Origin: Malacoraja senta
Lineage: Eukaryota
DNA length: 64,000 nt
NCBI GenBank assembly: GCA_038087875.1
Contig: CM075979.1
Coordinates: forward strand, 10,230,001-10,294,000
Reading direction: 5' to 3'
A program made the translations under genes and the position numbers. Under the pieces are notes generated by a model that was not told where the DNA came from, made no database searches, and saw only the letters and a list, made by a program, of their open reading frames with translations. Of this stretch, positions 35,115 to 48,877 are shown one piece after another (within the stretch, counting starts at the first letter, position 1; the number at the start of each line of letters is the position of its first letter).

Positions 35115-35555
35115 GAATGAGTGGGTTAGCGCATACAGCACTGGGCCCGTACTCGCTGGAGTTTAGAAAGTTGAGGGGGGACCTCATTGAAACTTACAGA
35201 ATAATGAAAGGCATAGATAGAGTGGATGTGGAAAGGATGTTTCCACTGGTGGGAGAGTCTAGGACCAGAGTTCATACTCTCAGAATTAAAGGGCCCTTTT
35301 TAGAAAGAAGGTGAGGAGGAACTTCTTTAGTTAGAGGGTAGTTAATCTGTGGAACTCATTGCTGCAGAGGGCTGTGGAAGCCATGTCAGTGGATATTTTT
35401 AAGGCAGAAATAGACAAATTCTTGATTAGAACAGGCGTCAAGGGTTATGGGAGAAGGCAGGAAAATGGGATTAGGAGGCAGAAATCAGCCATGATTGAAT
35501 GGCGGAGTAGCCCCGATGGGCCAAATGGCCTAATTCTATTCCTATAACTTGTGAT
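35115..35555 (+). mobile_element. CR1 LINE 3' fragment
   Basis: YSLEFRKLRGDLIETYRIMKGIDRVD and CR1 tail. Confidence 0.88.
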
Positions 35556-36484
35556 CATGTGAATGTAATGTTTTCTCTATCCACGACTAAATAATTTGTG
35601 TTTCTTCATTATCCTGTACACAGAGCTGGTCACTCATTCTTTACACTATTGTTGTTAATCTCTGCACATTTTCTAAACTCTTGACATTCATATGAAAGTT
35701 CAGAATCCAAAATGATTTCAGTGCTCCATCTGTCCAGTGATTTGGAAGGGGTATCTCTCTTGCTGTAGAATATTCGATTCTGTATTTTCTATTATATTCT
35801 TCTGCGCTGAACATCCATTGAAAACTTGCAGTGTTTTCTTTTCCCAGTAGCTTTTAGCTTTACAGTCCATTGCATTAAATCTTAAGGCACAGGTCTTCCG
35901 ATCAATGGCTTTTATTGCCACGATCTTTTCCCCCACTTCTTTAATCAATCTATACTTATAAACCTCATATATAACATTTTATGAGCTAACAACAGGTAAG
36001 ATGAAACTGACAGACTTATCAATATCTGATGAAATATTGGTGATATTAGAAGGCTGGAGAATTGTCAAGTGAGGTGATTAGCACAATAATAAAAAAAATC
36101 AACAATGCTTCGACAAGTATTTCAACAGAAATATACTGTCTTTGCTTTATTTTTATAACCACAAAGATGAGAGGAATTGGATTAGTATCAACACATTAAA
36201 TGGCAGTCTGCCAGAGTATAAAAATAAAAACTGACCTAGGCACAAAATGAAGGTGGTCAATTTGAATCCAATCTGAACACCTTCAATCTGAGCTGATCAC
36301 AGGCAATCCAAACCCAAGTTTCATATGGTCAATCCAAGATGACCCAAACCAACCACAACCAATTGAAATGATCCAGGTAGAGTCAATCTAAACACAATCC
36401 TACCCAATCAAGACCATTCTATGCCAGACCCTATCACAGCTAATCCAAGATGACCCAAAGCCAATCCAAATCTGACCACCCAAT

Positions 36485-36667
36485 AGATAGACACAAAATG
36501 CTGGAGTAACTCAGCGGGGCAGGCAGCATCTTTGAATAGAAGGAATGGGTGATGTTTCGGGTCAAAACCCATTCCTTCTATTCAGAGATCCTGCCTGTCC
36601 TGCTGTGTTACTCCAGCGTTTTGTGCCTATCTTCGATGTAAACCACATCTGCAGTTCCTTCCTACAC
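36485..36667. mobile_element. Penelope pLTR palindrome with TSD
   Basis: 15-bp direct repeat atctgaccacccaat (36470-36484, 36668-36682). Confidence 0.8.
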
Positions 36668-36754
36668 ATCTGACCACCCAATTACAGTCAGCCCAAACCC
36701 AACCTTAACCCAGCATGATCAATATGAGTCTGACCCCATCATAGCCATCTAAGA

Positions 36755-36940
36755 TAACACTAACACTATTTTCTTTCACTTTCTCTATTTTCTCAATTTC
36801 AACCTTTTTTTAATAGCTTTAAAAAATGAAGGGGTACATTAAATGTAATAAGATATACGTGGTGTGTATTAATGTCATTGATTGTAATTTAATGCACTTC
36901 TAAAAAATACAAATAAAAAATAAAAAATAAAATAAAATAA
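36755..36940 (+). mobile_element. L1/Tx1-type 3' UTR copy
   Basis: Reverse complement of 12200-12375, A-rich tail, TSD ccatctaagat. Confidence 0.8.
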
Positions 36941-37087
36941 CCATCTAAGATGTGTCAACCCAACTCAAACCTGATCTGACCCAGGTATGGTCAGTCCAAA
37001 GCCAACCCTCCCAATCATGGCCAAACTATGTCTGTCCCCACCACACCCAATCTAAGTTGATTCAACCAAATCACAGACAATCACGAA

Positions 37088-37978
37088 GTGTACGAATGAA
37101 CTGCAGATTCTGGTTTACACCGAAGATAGACACAAAATGCTGGAGTAACTTAGCGGGACAGGCATCATCTCTGGAGAGAATGAATGGGTGATGTTTCGGA
37201 TCATAAGTCATGTCATAGGAGCAGAATTAGTCCATTCGGCCCATCAAGTCTACTCTGCCACTCAATCATGGATGATCTATTTCTCCCTCCTAACCCCATT
37301 CTCTTGCCTTCTCCCCATAACCTCTGACATCTGTACTAATCAAGAATCTGTATCTCTGTCTTAAAAATATCTATTGACTTGGCCTCCACAGCCTTCTGTG
37401 ACAAAGAATTCCACAGATTCACCACCCTCTGACTAAAGAAATTCCCCCTCATCTCCTTCCTAAAGGAACGTCCTTTAATTCTGAGGCTATGACCTCTAGT
37501 TCTAAACCAGGGTCGAGACCCTTCTTCAGGCTGAGAGTCAGCGGAGAGGAAAACAAAATATGGACGGATACAAAGAACATGTAAGGTACGAAGAGGACAG
37601 ATCAAAGCAGACGATGATCAAGGAAATGTACAATGTTCATTGTTGGATGAAGGAAAGCTGACAACGAAGCATACAAACAGTAAAATTAATCAGGACAGTA
37701 GAACTAATAGGAGAACTAGGTAGACAAAAGTGCTGGAGAAACTCAGCGGGTGCAGCAGCATCTATGGAGCGAAGGAAATAGGCAACGTTTCGGGCCGAAA
37801 CCCTTCTTCAGACTGATGGGGGGTGGGGGGCGGGGAGAAGAAAGGAAAAAGGAGGAGGAGGAGCCGGAGGGCTGAGGGAGAGCTAAGAAAGGGAGGAGAC
37901 AGCAAGGGCTAGGGTGGTGGAGTGAAGGAGAGAAAAGGGAAGTTAGAGAAATCAATATCCTACCGCTGGGTTGTGAAA
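37088..37978 (-). mobile_element. Nested Penelope 3' ends (two subfamilies) with a CR1 insert (37203-37503)
   Basis: pLTR split by a CR1 tail; a second pLTR subfamily at 37721-37815 with a GUU-type hammerhead core. Confidence 0.7.
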
Positions 37979-38616
37979 TTTGGCCTGACCTAATCACCAC
38001 TAATCCAAACCCAAACCTTACCAATCATAACCAATCTGACGAGAGAAGGAATGAATGACGATTCTTGTCAAGATCCTTCTCAACCCGAAACGTCACATTA
38101 CTTCTCTCTAGAGATGCTGCCTGTCCCGATGTGTTACTCCAGCTGTTTATGTCTATCTTCAGTTTAAACCAGCATCTGCAGTTCCTTCCAACATATAACC
38201 AATCTTATCCCAGCATAACCAATCCAATCTGACCTGATCTTGGCCAGTCCCAACCAGAGCCCACTCTAGCTGATCTAAGCACACCCAACCCAATCCTGGC
38301 CAATCTGAACTGTCCCAATCCATCTAGGGTCAATCTGAACATGACCCAACTCAACTAAGGCCAATTTATAGCTGAACCAATCACTGTCGTTGCAAACTAA
38401 TTTGAATCAAAGCCAACTCAGCCTGACCATTAAGTCAGTTTATGGGCCTTTAGCGAACAAATGTTGCAGGGATACTGGGAGACAGAGAGGAGGGGGAGGA
38501 TAGCGTTAGGTGAATGGGACTCAAGAGTCTGCTCTGCCTGCACCATAAGGTTCTCGAAGAGCAAATGCACTTGATCCAAATGCTGAAGGAGAATTCACTT
38601 TAATGGCTCAAGCTTT

Positions 38617-38905
38617 GGGGCAGCACAATGGTACAGCGGTAGAGTTGCTGCCTAACAGCGCCCGAGACCCGGGTTTGATCCTGTCCACGGATGCTGTCTG
38701 CACGGAGTTTGTACATTCTCCCTGTGGCCGCGCAGGTATTCTCTGGGCACTCTGGTTTCCTCCCACAAAGACGTGCAGGTTTGTAGGTTAATTGGCCTCT
38801 GTAAATTGTCCTTAGTGTGTCGAATAGAACTAGTGTACTGTTGGTCAGCGCAGACACGGTGGGCCGAAGGGCCCGTTTCCATGCTGTATCTCTAAACTAA
38901 ACTAC
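38617..38905 (+). mobile_element. V-SINE (HE1-like)
   Basis: Head, V-domain and tail. Confidence 0.87.
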
Positions 38906-39741
38906 ACTTTATGTTCCGAAGGCCGAAACTCAATGTGCAACATCTTCCAGTGGAAAAAAGGCATACAAAGAAAACACAAAACCAGAAGTCCATGTGAAAG
39001 GAAGTCGCTGAACAGTGAGCAAGAGGCTGTACAGGGAAATAGGATGTTAATACTTTCAGTTATATTAGATTTGGGAAAGTCACCATGGTAAGAATGGGTC
39101 CAGATCTTCTTTATGGTTCTGATCCATCTTCACCTTTCTTCTACGTCTACAAACATTCATAATTTATTTCCTCCGTACACCTTACTGGATGGTGAGAAAT
39201 CTGGAAATGGATTTTACCAATTTACTCCTACAATGTAAAGATCCCCAAAGGCAAGGGCTTAAGGATGGAGGGACGGGTCTCCGACCCCTGATTCTTCAAA
39301 TAATTGACACAAGCTCCTGGTCCATATCACCAATGCCAAAATCTTTCATTTCAAACTTTTGCATCTTAAATACAGAAACATTTCAGACCCTATCTAACCC
39401 TGTCAGAGATAGATAGATTCTTGATTAGTATGGGTGTCAGGGTTATGGGGAGAAGGCAGGAGAATGGAGTTAGGAGGGAGAGCCATGATTGAATGACAGA
39501 GTAGACTTGATGGGCCGAATGGCCTAATTCTGCTCCTATCACTTATCAACTTGTGAACTGTTCCTATGTACTTCAACAGCAACTAAAATAAAGTGACTGT
39601 AAAGTACTTTGAGGCACCATGAACGTTGGGAGAGAAATGCAAGTTCCTTCATAAACATTGACAATAAAATAGGCGGAAAGTTCGCTCTTCACTTCATTTC
39701 ATAATACATCACATCGGGAGGGCTTCGTGAATGAAGAATGA

Positions 39742-39924
39742 NNNNNNNNNNNNNNNNNNNNNNNNNNNNNNNNNNNNNNNNNNNNNNNNNNNNNNNNNNN
39801 NNNNNNNNNNNNNNNNNNNNNNNNNNNNNNNNNNNNNNNNNNNNNNNNNNNNNNNNNNNNNNNNNNNNNNNNNNNNNNNNNNNNNNNNNNNNNNNNNNNN
39901 NNNNNNNNNNNNNNNNNNNNNNNN
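39742..39924. other. Assembly gap (183 N)
   Basis: Run of N; a TG-rich microsatellite follows at 39925-40018. Confidence 1.
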
Positions 39925-40599
39925 GTTGTGTGTTTGCGTGTGTTGTGTGTTTGCGTGTGTGTGTGTGTGCGTGTGTGGTGTATGTGTTTATGTGTGTGGT
40001 GTGTGTGTTTGTTTGTGTCTTCAGATGAAGGGTTATCCATTAAGGAAGAGGAATTTCTTCACATACTTTGGAATTTGACCTCAAGGAGCTCTGGGGATGG
40101 AGTCATCGAATATATTCAATGCAACGATAGACAGATTTTTGAACTTTAGGTTTACCGGGAATAGGCAGGAAAATGGAGCGGAGGCCAAGATTAGATCTGC
40201 CACAATCGCATTGGAATTAATTCATTAATTTATCACATGTTCATTTTGATGCACTGTGGCTAACATGATGTGTTTAACTCTGGTTTCCTTCATCACTAAG
40301 ATAGATGCTGAATAGTTTGTTCAGTCCCACCACTGGGCCTTAGTGTTCTTTTAGCTTGTGGACGATAGGTTTATCTGGTACTGGCTGGGGCAATCTAGTT
40401 TCTTATTGTCACATGAGATGCAACTGTTTTGTGTGCTATTCGGACAAATAATACCACAAATGAGTGCGTCAGTTTATTGTCATGTATACCGAGGTACAGT
40501 GATATGCTTTTGTTGCGTGCTATCCAATCAGCAGAAAGACAAAACATGATTACAGTTGAGCCATTTACAGTATTTAGGTACATGATAAGGGAATAAGGT

Positions 40600-40990
40600 T
40601 CAGTTTAGTTTAGTTTAGAGAAACAGAGTGGGAACAGCCCTTCGGCCCACCGAGTCCTCATCGACCAACGATCCCCACACATTACAATTAACCTCTAAAG
40701 TCACCCATAGTCACCCACCGAGTATGCGCCGACCAGCGATCACCCCGTACACGAGCATTATCCTGCACAATAGGGACAATTTGCAATCTTTACCAAAGCC
40801 ACTTAACCTACAAACCTGGACGTATTTGGAGTGTGAAAGGAAACTGAAGATCTTGGAGAAAACCTATGCGTTCACGGGGAGAACGTACAAACTCCGTACA
40901 GACTGCACCGTAGTCGGGATCGAACCCGGTTCTCCAGTGCTACAAGCGCTGTAAGGCAGCAACTCTACCGCTGCTCCACCATGCCGCCCC
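40600..40990 (-). mobile_element. V-SINE with duplicated tail, nested in a Rex1 3' end (40470-41170)
   Basis: The SINE interrupts the Rex1 UTR, which continues at gtttagtgcatggtaaagccagc. Confidence 0.75.
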
Positions 40991-41714
40991 TAGTTTAGTG
41001 CATGGTAAAGCCAGCAAATTCGAACAAGGGTAGTCCGAAGGTCACCAATGAGGTAGACAGTAGTTCAGGACTGCTCCCTGGTTGTGGTAGGATGATTCAG
41101 TTGCCTGATAGCAGCTGGGAAGAAACTGTTCCTGAATCTGAAGGTGTGCGTTTTCACACTTCTATACCTTTTTCTTATATACTTGTGCACTTTAAGTGGA
41201 TATAGGGAATCATTTTGCTACCCTTTTCACTTCTGTGCAGTTCCGGAAAGTTGAAGCCAAGCTATCAAAAGCAGACTCAAATTTCCATGTTGAGCAGAGC
41301 CAGAAAATGTTTTAAAAATCTCATGGCAAGAAAAACTCATGGGATGAAAAACATTTTTCTCACTTGGAATAATTGGCCCATTTCTGTAGTGAATCAGCGC
41401 TAAGAGCAGCCACAAGATATTCCCTGCACTAAGTTCCAAATAAATGTTTATCCTGGGACTCTTGATATAAATTTTTCATACAGAATTCAGATTACTGCTT
41501 CTGTAGGCAGATAATTTCTAAGACTGTGTTCTTTACAGGTACAATCAGACAACTAAAACTACTGAGTTGCCTTTTCGTAGTGTCAAACAAAGAAGACAAA
41601 TATCTTAAATTTGGCAAAAAAATACCTTCCAATTCCCTGCTGGAATGGAAACATTTCAACTCAACTTGTTCCGTGCAAATGCTCTTTGTAAGAGGAAGAG
41701 GGATGACAATTACG

Positions 41715-42025
41715 AGGTACAGTAGACAGTCAGAACTTGTTTTCCCCAGGGTGGAAATAGCAAAGACTAGAAGGCATAGCTTTAAGGTAAAAGAGGCAAA
41801 GTTTAAAGGAGCGGTGCGGGGCAGGTTCCATTACACAGTGGGTGGGGGTCGCCTGTAACAAGCTGTCAGGAGTGGTGGTAGTGGATATGATAGTGGTGTT
41901 CAAGAGGCTTTTAGAAAAGTATATGAATATGCTAGGAATGGAGGAATATGGATCATGTGATGGCAAAGGAGATTAGTTTACGTCGGTGTCATGTTCGGTA
42001 CAGACATTGTGGGCCAAAGGGCATG
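41715..42025 (+). mobile_element. CR1 LINE 3' fragment
   Basis: FPRVEIAKTRRHSFKVK and CR1 tail. Confidence 0.75.
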
Positions 42026-42251
42026 ATCTTGTCCGGAGAATATATCAGAAGAGATTAATGACATCCAAGTATATGTTTATTTTTTCATTATAATACTGTT
42101 CCATAGAAACTAAAAATATATATTCCTGGCAAGAAAAGCAATGTTTGTAGATGTTTCTCTTCCTAATGTTGTCACCTAAATCTGGAGCAGGACGGAACTT
42201 TCAATGTCTGAAGGTTGAGAATCACCAAATTATATAGTGTCTACCCTGCAG

Positions 42252-42660
42252 TCTAGTCTAGTTTAGTTTAGTTTAGAGATACAACGTGGGCCCTTTGGCC
42301 CACCGGGTCTGCGCCAACCAGCTATTACCCCGTACACTAGCACTATCCAACATACTGGGGACAATTACAATTTTTACCAAAGCCAAATTAACCTATAAAC
42401 CTGTACGTCTTTGGAGTGTGAGAGGAAACTGGAGCACCTGGGGAAAACCCATACGGTCACGGGGAGAACATACAAACAAGGCCAATTAACCTACAAACGT
42501 GTACATCTTTGGGATGTGGGAGGAAACCGGAGCACCCGGAGGAAACCCACACGGTCACAGAGAGAATGTACAAACTCCATACAAACAGCACCCACAGTCA
42601 GGATCGGACCCAGGTCTCTGGCGTTGTAAGGCAGCAACTCTGCCATTGCGCCACCGTGCC
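42252..42660 (-). mobile_element. V-SINE with tandem-duplicated V-domain
   Basis: 42380-42477 is repeated at 42479-42575. Confidence 0.85.
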
Positions 42661-42919
42661 ATCTTTGCCCAAGTTCTCCATCTCACCCTGGTAACACTAT
42701 TTCTTTCATCAGTCTGAAGAAGGGTTCCGAACCAAAACGTGACCTATCCACGTTTTACAGAGATGCTACCTGACCCATTGAGTTATTCTAGCACTTTTTC
42801 ATCATGAGCTCCATATTCCCAATGATGTCCAATTGAAGGGATTTCTCCAGAATTCCTCATTGGATTTTCCATGCAATATTTCTAGGTCCAGGTGTTGATT
42901 TCCTACAAACCTGGGGGGA

Positions 42920-43335
42920 TCTCTAGTGAGGACTTAGGACCATTGAACATTATTCCTTTGCGTGCAGGAGGCTGAAAGGTGATCTTACAGAGGTATGTCA
43001 AATCATGAAGGGAATAGATCGGGTGAATACACATGCTATTTTCCACAGGGTAAGGGAATCAATAACTAATAGGGCAGTAGGTTGAAGATGAGAAAGGTAA
43101 AGAATTAATGGGAACCTAAGGGACAGCTTTTTCACACGGAGAGTGGTGGGTATATGGAATGAACTTTCTGATTAACTTATTAGTGCAGATACAATAACAG
43201 CATTTGAAAGGTATTTGAATGGATGCATGGATAGGAGAAGTTGAGGGGATATGGGACTAGCTCAAGGTGGGGTATCTTGATAGCTTGGACAAGTTGGGCC
43301 GAAGGGCCTGTTTCTGTGCTGTATGATTCTCTAAC
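42920..43335 (+). mobile_element. Old CR1 LINE fragment
   Basis: Degenerate RRLKGDLTEVCQIMKGIDRV and tail gggccgaagggcctgtttc. Confidence 0.7.
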
Positions 43336-45234
43336 TCTACCCAGTCAATTTGGTTATAATCTCAAGATCCCTCTCACAATGATCAGGGCTTTCCACTTTC
43401 TACAGAATCATTCCTAAATATCATTGCCATCATCTTTTCACTTTCTCCCAGTATCTCTTAAACACAGACCAAGGTTTGGACCAATGTAATTTTCATAAAC
43501 ATATGCACGGAAAGATGAAAATTTAAAAAAAAACAGCAGATGCTGGAAATCTGAAATAAAAATAGAAAATGCTGGAAACAACATCTGTCCGAAGAGAAAC
43601 GGAGGTAACGTTTCAGGTTGAAGAGCATCAGAATTTGGAAAGAACATGGTAACATAGAAAAATAGATGCAGGAATAGGCCATTCGGCCCTTCGTTCCAGC
43701 ACCACCATTCAATATGATCATGGCTGATCATCTAAAACCCGTTCCTGCTTTTCCCTCATATCCCTTGATTTCTTTAGCCCGAAGAGCTAAATCTGACTCT
43801 CTCTTGAAAACATCCAGTAAATTGGCCTCCACTGCCTTCTGTGGCAAAGGGAGGAAACAAGGTCCTAAGTGAGCATGAGAGTGTTGGATAGGCCAAAGTG
43901 AATACCTCAGAGAAATATCTATGACGAGAAAGCATGGGTTTAAGTATGGGATGGGTGGCTTATGATCAAACTGGGAACTAATTTCTTTCACCCACCAAAT
44001 GGATGAAATCTGAAACGCAATGCCAGAGAGGGTGATGGAAGTACCTACTAAAACATGGGATCAATGCAGGATGGGTGGTTGATGGTCAGCATGGGCTCGA
44101 TGGGTCAAAGGGTCTGTTTCTGTGCCGAATCACTGTATGACTATAGAATGTCGGCTCTTATTGCAAGAAGTATGGAAATTTGGTTGCCACCTTACAAGTT
44201 ACAGGTTAGGCACTACCTGATGCGATGAGTACAGCTTTGTTCTCCTTATTTAAAAAAGGATACACTTACATTGGACGGAACTTGGTCACTGGAGTACAAT
44301 TATATTTAGAAATTATTTAAAATTTAAATGGGATAAAAAAAATAATGAATTTAAACTAATCTCAAATTATATTTTTTAAATTATTTATTTTCTATTATTC
44401 TTTGTCATGCAAATAAATTTGCAATTACTTGTGATTTTTTAACCCATGCAACTAATAAAGTCTACACTTTTAATCATTTGAAGGTCTTCACATTTTATCA
44501 AATATAATAATTAAGCCTTTAATTTATTGCAGATACACGTTAAATTAAACCATACAAATATAATAAACTCAATTGCTTTGTATTTAGTTGGGATATTGGA
44601 TCATATAGTCAAGCTGTATTAGAAGAAGCCATTGAGACCCTCGAAACTGTCTTGACAATTTGTAAGAGATTCTGAAATGGGAGGATGGGATTTGTGGTTC
44701 TCATTTATTTTCCACATCTCTGCTCTTACTCTCTCTCCTATCGATCCAAACAAGATGGAGTTCCACTGATCCTCATCACCTACACCCACAGACTCCATGT
44801 TCAATGAGTCATTCGTTGTGATATCCTTCAAGGAGATTCCACCGCCAGGCACATCTCCCTTTACCTTTATTTTCCGCATTTTAAAGGAACAGATTATTTC
44901 AGGATTCCCTTTCTCCTATTCCACCTACCCCAGCCACTCCATTCTCATGGCACTATATAATAAGGTCATAAGGTCATAAATGATAAGAGCAGAATTAGGC
45001 CATTTGGCTCATCAAGTCTACTCCGCCATTCAATCATGGCTGATCTATCTCTAACCTCATTCTCCTGCCTTCTCCCCATAACTCCTGACACCCATACTAA
45101 TCAAGAATCTATGTATCTCTGCGTTAAAAATATCCATTGAATTGGCCTCCATGGCCTTCTGTGGCATCTGCAGGAGATGCAATGCTGGTACCTTTGCAAC
45201 TTCTTTTCCCAACATCCAAGTACCCAAAGAGTCT

Positions 45235-45546
45235 TAGTTTAGTTTAGTTTAGAGATACAACACGGAAACAGGCCCTTTGGCCCACCATGACAGAGCCGAC
45301 CACTGATCCCCGCACACTAACACTATCCTACACACACAAGGTACAATTTACAAATGTTACCGAAGCCAATTAATATACAAAATTACATCCTTGAAGAGTG
45401 GGAGGACACCGGAGCACCATAGAAAGCCCACGCAGGTCAGGGGGAGAACGTACAAACTCCGTTTAGACAGCACCCGTCATCAGGATCGAACCCAGGTTCT
45501 CTGGCGCTGTAAGACACCAACTCTACCGCTACGCCACCGTGCCGCC
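45235..45546 (-). mobile_element. V-SINE (HE1-like)
   Basis: Tail, V-domain and head on the reverse strand. Confidence 0.87.
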
Positions 45547-46139
45547 TTGTAGGAAGTGACAATAGGATGAAATGACTGGTGCACGGGTGATCAATGGTTG
45601 GCATAAACTCGGTGGGCCGAGGGGCCTGCTTCCTTGCAGTAACTCTAAACTAAACTAAAGTATACTGCACTAAGTCACGACTCACAGCAACTCTACCACT
45701 GCGCCACCGTGCAGCCCTTTCAGATAAGAGGAGCAATTAATTTGCCCTGCATCCAATCCATTCTACTGTAAGATTATCCGTTTGTAATATTAACTCAGAT
45801 TTTCTCTCTCCACGGACATTGCCTGATGTATTAGGCTCGTCCTCCATTCTGACAAAGGGCCTTTGACCAGAAACATGAATGCCGCTTCTAACCGGCATTT
45901 TCTGTTTTCTTATTTTTTTCATTTTTTTTTCTCATTTTCTTTTCATTGCAGCTTTATAAAACTTTGATTTGGCTGCATTTGGAGTAGTGTGTGTAGCTCT
46001 TGTCACCCATTACAGGAAGGACGTGGAAGCTTTGAAGAGGGTGCAGAGTGCAGAAGAGGTTTTATCAGAATTCTGCCTGGATGAGAGGGTATTAGTTGTA
46101 AGGAGCGTTTGGACAAACTGAGATTGTTTTTTCTGGAGC

Positions 46140-46450
46140 TTAGTTTAGTTTAGAGATACAGCGTGGAAAACAGGCCTTTCGGCCCACCGAGTCCGCACTA
46201 ACCTATGACCCCCATATATGAGCACTATCCTACAAACCAGGGACAATTTACAATTTTCACCAAAGCCAATTAACCTACAAACCTGTACATCCTTGAGTGT
46301 GGTAGGAAACCAGAGCCCCCAGAGAAAACCCACGTGGTCACGGGGGGGGGATGTACAAACTCCGTAAAGACAGCACCCATAATCAGTATCTAACCCGGGT
46401 CTTTTGGCGCTGTAAGGCAGCAACTTTACCGCTGCACTACCATGCCACCC
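46140..46450 (-). mobile_element. V-SINE (HE1-like)
   Basis: Tail, V-domain and head on the reverse strand. Confidence 0.87.
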
Positions 46451-47134
46451 ATGTACTGACAGAAGAGATCAGTTTAGCTTGGCATCATGGTCGGCTCAGA
46501 CATTGTGTGCCAAGTGGCCTGCTCCTGTGGTGTACTATCCTATGTTCCATTTCCTTTGATCTCCTCCAACCTTCTTTATGAGCAAACAGGAGTAGTGTAG
46601 ATGGGCTGAAAGGTCGGCATGGTTGAGGTGGACTGCAGGGCCAGTTTATGTGCTGTACCACTCTATGACACTGCGAATTTATTAAACATAATCTCTTCAT
46701 TTCCTTGTTTTATGCCTGCCCTTATAGATGACAAATTATTTATTATTTATTACTGGAACTTAATTAACAGTGCATGCATTCTGCTGAATGACTATATCAT
46801 CTTAAATGTTAGAGACTTATCTGTTCCATAACTGGTACCCATCAATCACGTTTTATTGCTGAGTTTTCTGCTATTCAGCTTCTGATTCGGAACCAGGAGC
46901 AGGCATTTTGACATTTATCTAGCAATCTCTGGAGGTAACGGTGGAGGAGATTGAGACTGGGACTGGTTGGACTTGAGTGGAAGTAATGCACTTTTAGTAG
47001 CTCTCTCCATCCCTCGGGCCATTAAATATTGAGCACAATTCCAGTTGGCACTCTCAATGGTGCCATCTGTCAGATGGGTCTTCTGCCCAGTTGGGTAAAC
47101 CCAATAAATCCCATGGTTGATCTGGCATGCTGTG

Positions 47135-47459
47135 GGGAGGCACGGTGGCACAGCGGTAGGATTGCTGCTTTACATCGCCAGGGACCCGGGTTCAATCCTG
47201 ATGAAGGGTGCTGTCTGTACGGAGTTTGTACATTCTCCCCGTGACCATGTGGGTTTCCCCCAGGGTGCTCTGGTTTCTTCCCGCACTCCAAAGGCGTACA
47301 GGTTTGTAGGTTAATTGGCTTTCATTAAAAAAAAAAAGTAAATTGTCCCTAGTGTGTAGGGTAATGCTAGTTAGTGTACGGGGATCGGCTGGTCGGCACG
47401 GATTCGGTGGGCCGAAGGGCCTGTTTCCACACTGTATCTCTAAACTAAACTAAACTAAA
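47135..47459 (+). mobile_element. V-SINE (HE1-like)
   Basis: Head, V-domain and (CTAAA)n tail. Confidence 0.88.
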
Positions 47460-47599
47460 GATCCCCTGGGTCTAAACTAAACTAAATTTAATATCACCTG
47501 GTGCCTGAACCCCACATTTGTCCTTCATTCAACATCACCAAAACACATTGCTCGGTGATTATTACTTTACTGTGTGTGTGGCTGTGTGGACGAAGGGGG

Positions 47600-48020
47600 C
47601 TGCAGAAAGTGGTGGACATCATTGGGTGTAGACCTCACAACCATTAAAGGGATCTATAGGAAGCGCTGCCTCAAAAAGGTAGCTAATATCATCAAAGACC
47701 CACACCACCCTGGCCATGCCCTCATTTTGCTGCTAACATTAGAAAGGAAGGTAGGGGAGGACTCTACACAATTCTAACTATACACCCTTACCTCAACAAC
47801 AATATACTTTGGACTTTGTTTTTGCTTGCACTGCGCACTTCGCTTCACACTATTAGTGTCCAGTTGCTCAGTATCACTGACAATTTATTGTGTTATTGAT
47901 TATTGTATGTTTATTTGCGGCGTTGTTGCCATAATGTGCCAATAAAGCTGCAGCAAGTAAGAAATTCATTGTTTTGTGTGAATTTGATGATGCAAATGTC
48001 AATTAAGCAGTTGACTCTTG
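47600..48020 (+). mobile_element. Rex1/Babar LINE 3' fragment
   Basis: IYRKRCLKKVANIIKDPHHPGHAL motif and UTR. Confidence 0.7.
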
Positions 48021-48117
48021 ACTTGGAAATTGGCTGCTGCAGTGTTTCCTGCATTACAACAGGGACTACACTTCAGAAATACTTTCTTGGCTATAACTGT
48101 TGTTAGACGTTTTTTTT

Positions 48118-48423
48118 TTGAGATACAGCGCGGAAGCAGGACCTTCGGCCCACCGAGTCCGCGTGTCAACCAGCGATCCGCTACGCACTAGGGACAATTT
48201 ACATTTTTTTAACAAAGCTAATTAGTCTACAACCTGTACATCTTTGGAGTGCGGGAGGAAAGCCGGAGCACCCGGAGAAAACCCATGCGGTCACGGGGGG
48301 GGGGGGGGGGGGGTGGGGGGGGGAACGTACAAACTCCGTACAGCCAGCACCCATAGTCAGGATCGAACCTGGGTCTCTTGTATTGTATAGCACCAACTTT
48401 CCCGCTGTGCCACCATGCCACCC
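48118..48423 (-). mobile_element. V-SINE with poly-G expansion
   Basis: SINE body with a ~29-nt G run at 48295-48323. Confidence 0.85.
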
Positions 48424-48877
48424 TAAAAGTCTTGAAAGTCTTGTAAATGATAGATGCTGTGGCAATACAGGTCTGCCTTTTCTTGACATCTAAATCTGGC
48501 GGGACACTCTTCTATGAAATTAAAAGGCATTTGGACAGGTACATGGATAGGAAATGTTTAGAGGGATATGGGCTAAATGCAGGCAGGTGTAAGTAGTGTG
48601 GATGGGACATGTTGATTAGTGTGGGCAAGTTGGACCTGTTTCCATGCTGTATGACTCTATGACACTATGACTATGTGCTTTTTGTCTTGAATACATCTAT
48701 CTCTAAAGTAAATGTTGAAGATGTTCCAAAGTGAAAATCAATGAAGGTAGTCAAACATAAACAGCTGCTTAGGAATACCTGTGGACTAGCTGACTGATCA
48801 ATCCGGTGATACCTTTCAAAGTTTTATTTGCACTGACGTGATCTGTATGTTCGAAAGTACCTCTAAGACATGGGGTG

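Larger units (their letters stand above)
36250..38430 (+). repeat. Degenerate ~25-nt CCAA-rich minisatellite interrupted by several TEs
   Basis: Recurrent units resembling YRGCCAATCYAAACCTGACCCAATCA at 36250-36484, 36668-36754, 36941-37083, 37980-38037 and 38195-38430. Confidence 0.6.

Noticed and set aside
35718-35948. Protein-like 76-aa minus-strand ORF
   Set aside because: No ATG start, weak acceptor context and no recognisable homology
36250-38430. CRISPR-like array
   Set aside because: Units are degenerate and contiguous with no constant repeat/unique spacer pattern, and the context is eukaryotic
39699-40149. ORFs across the gap and (TG)n tract
   Set aside because: Artefacts of the N run and the dinucleotide repeat
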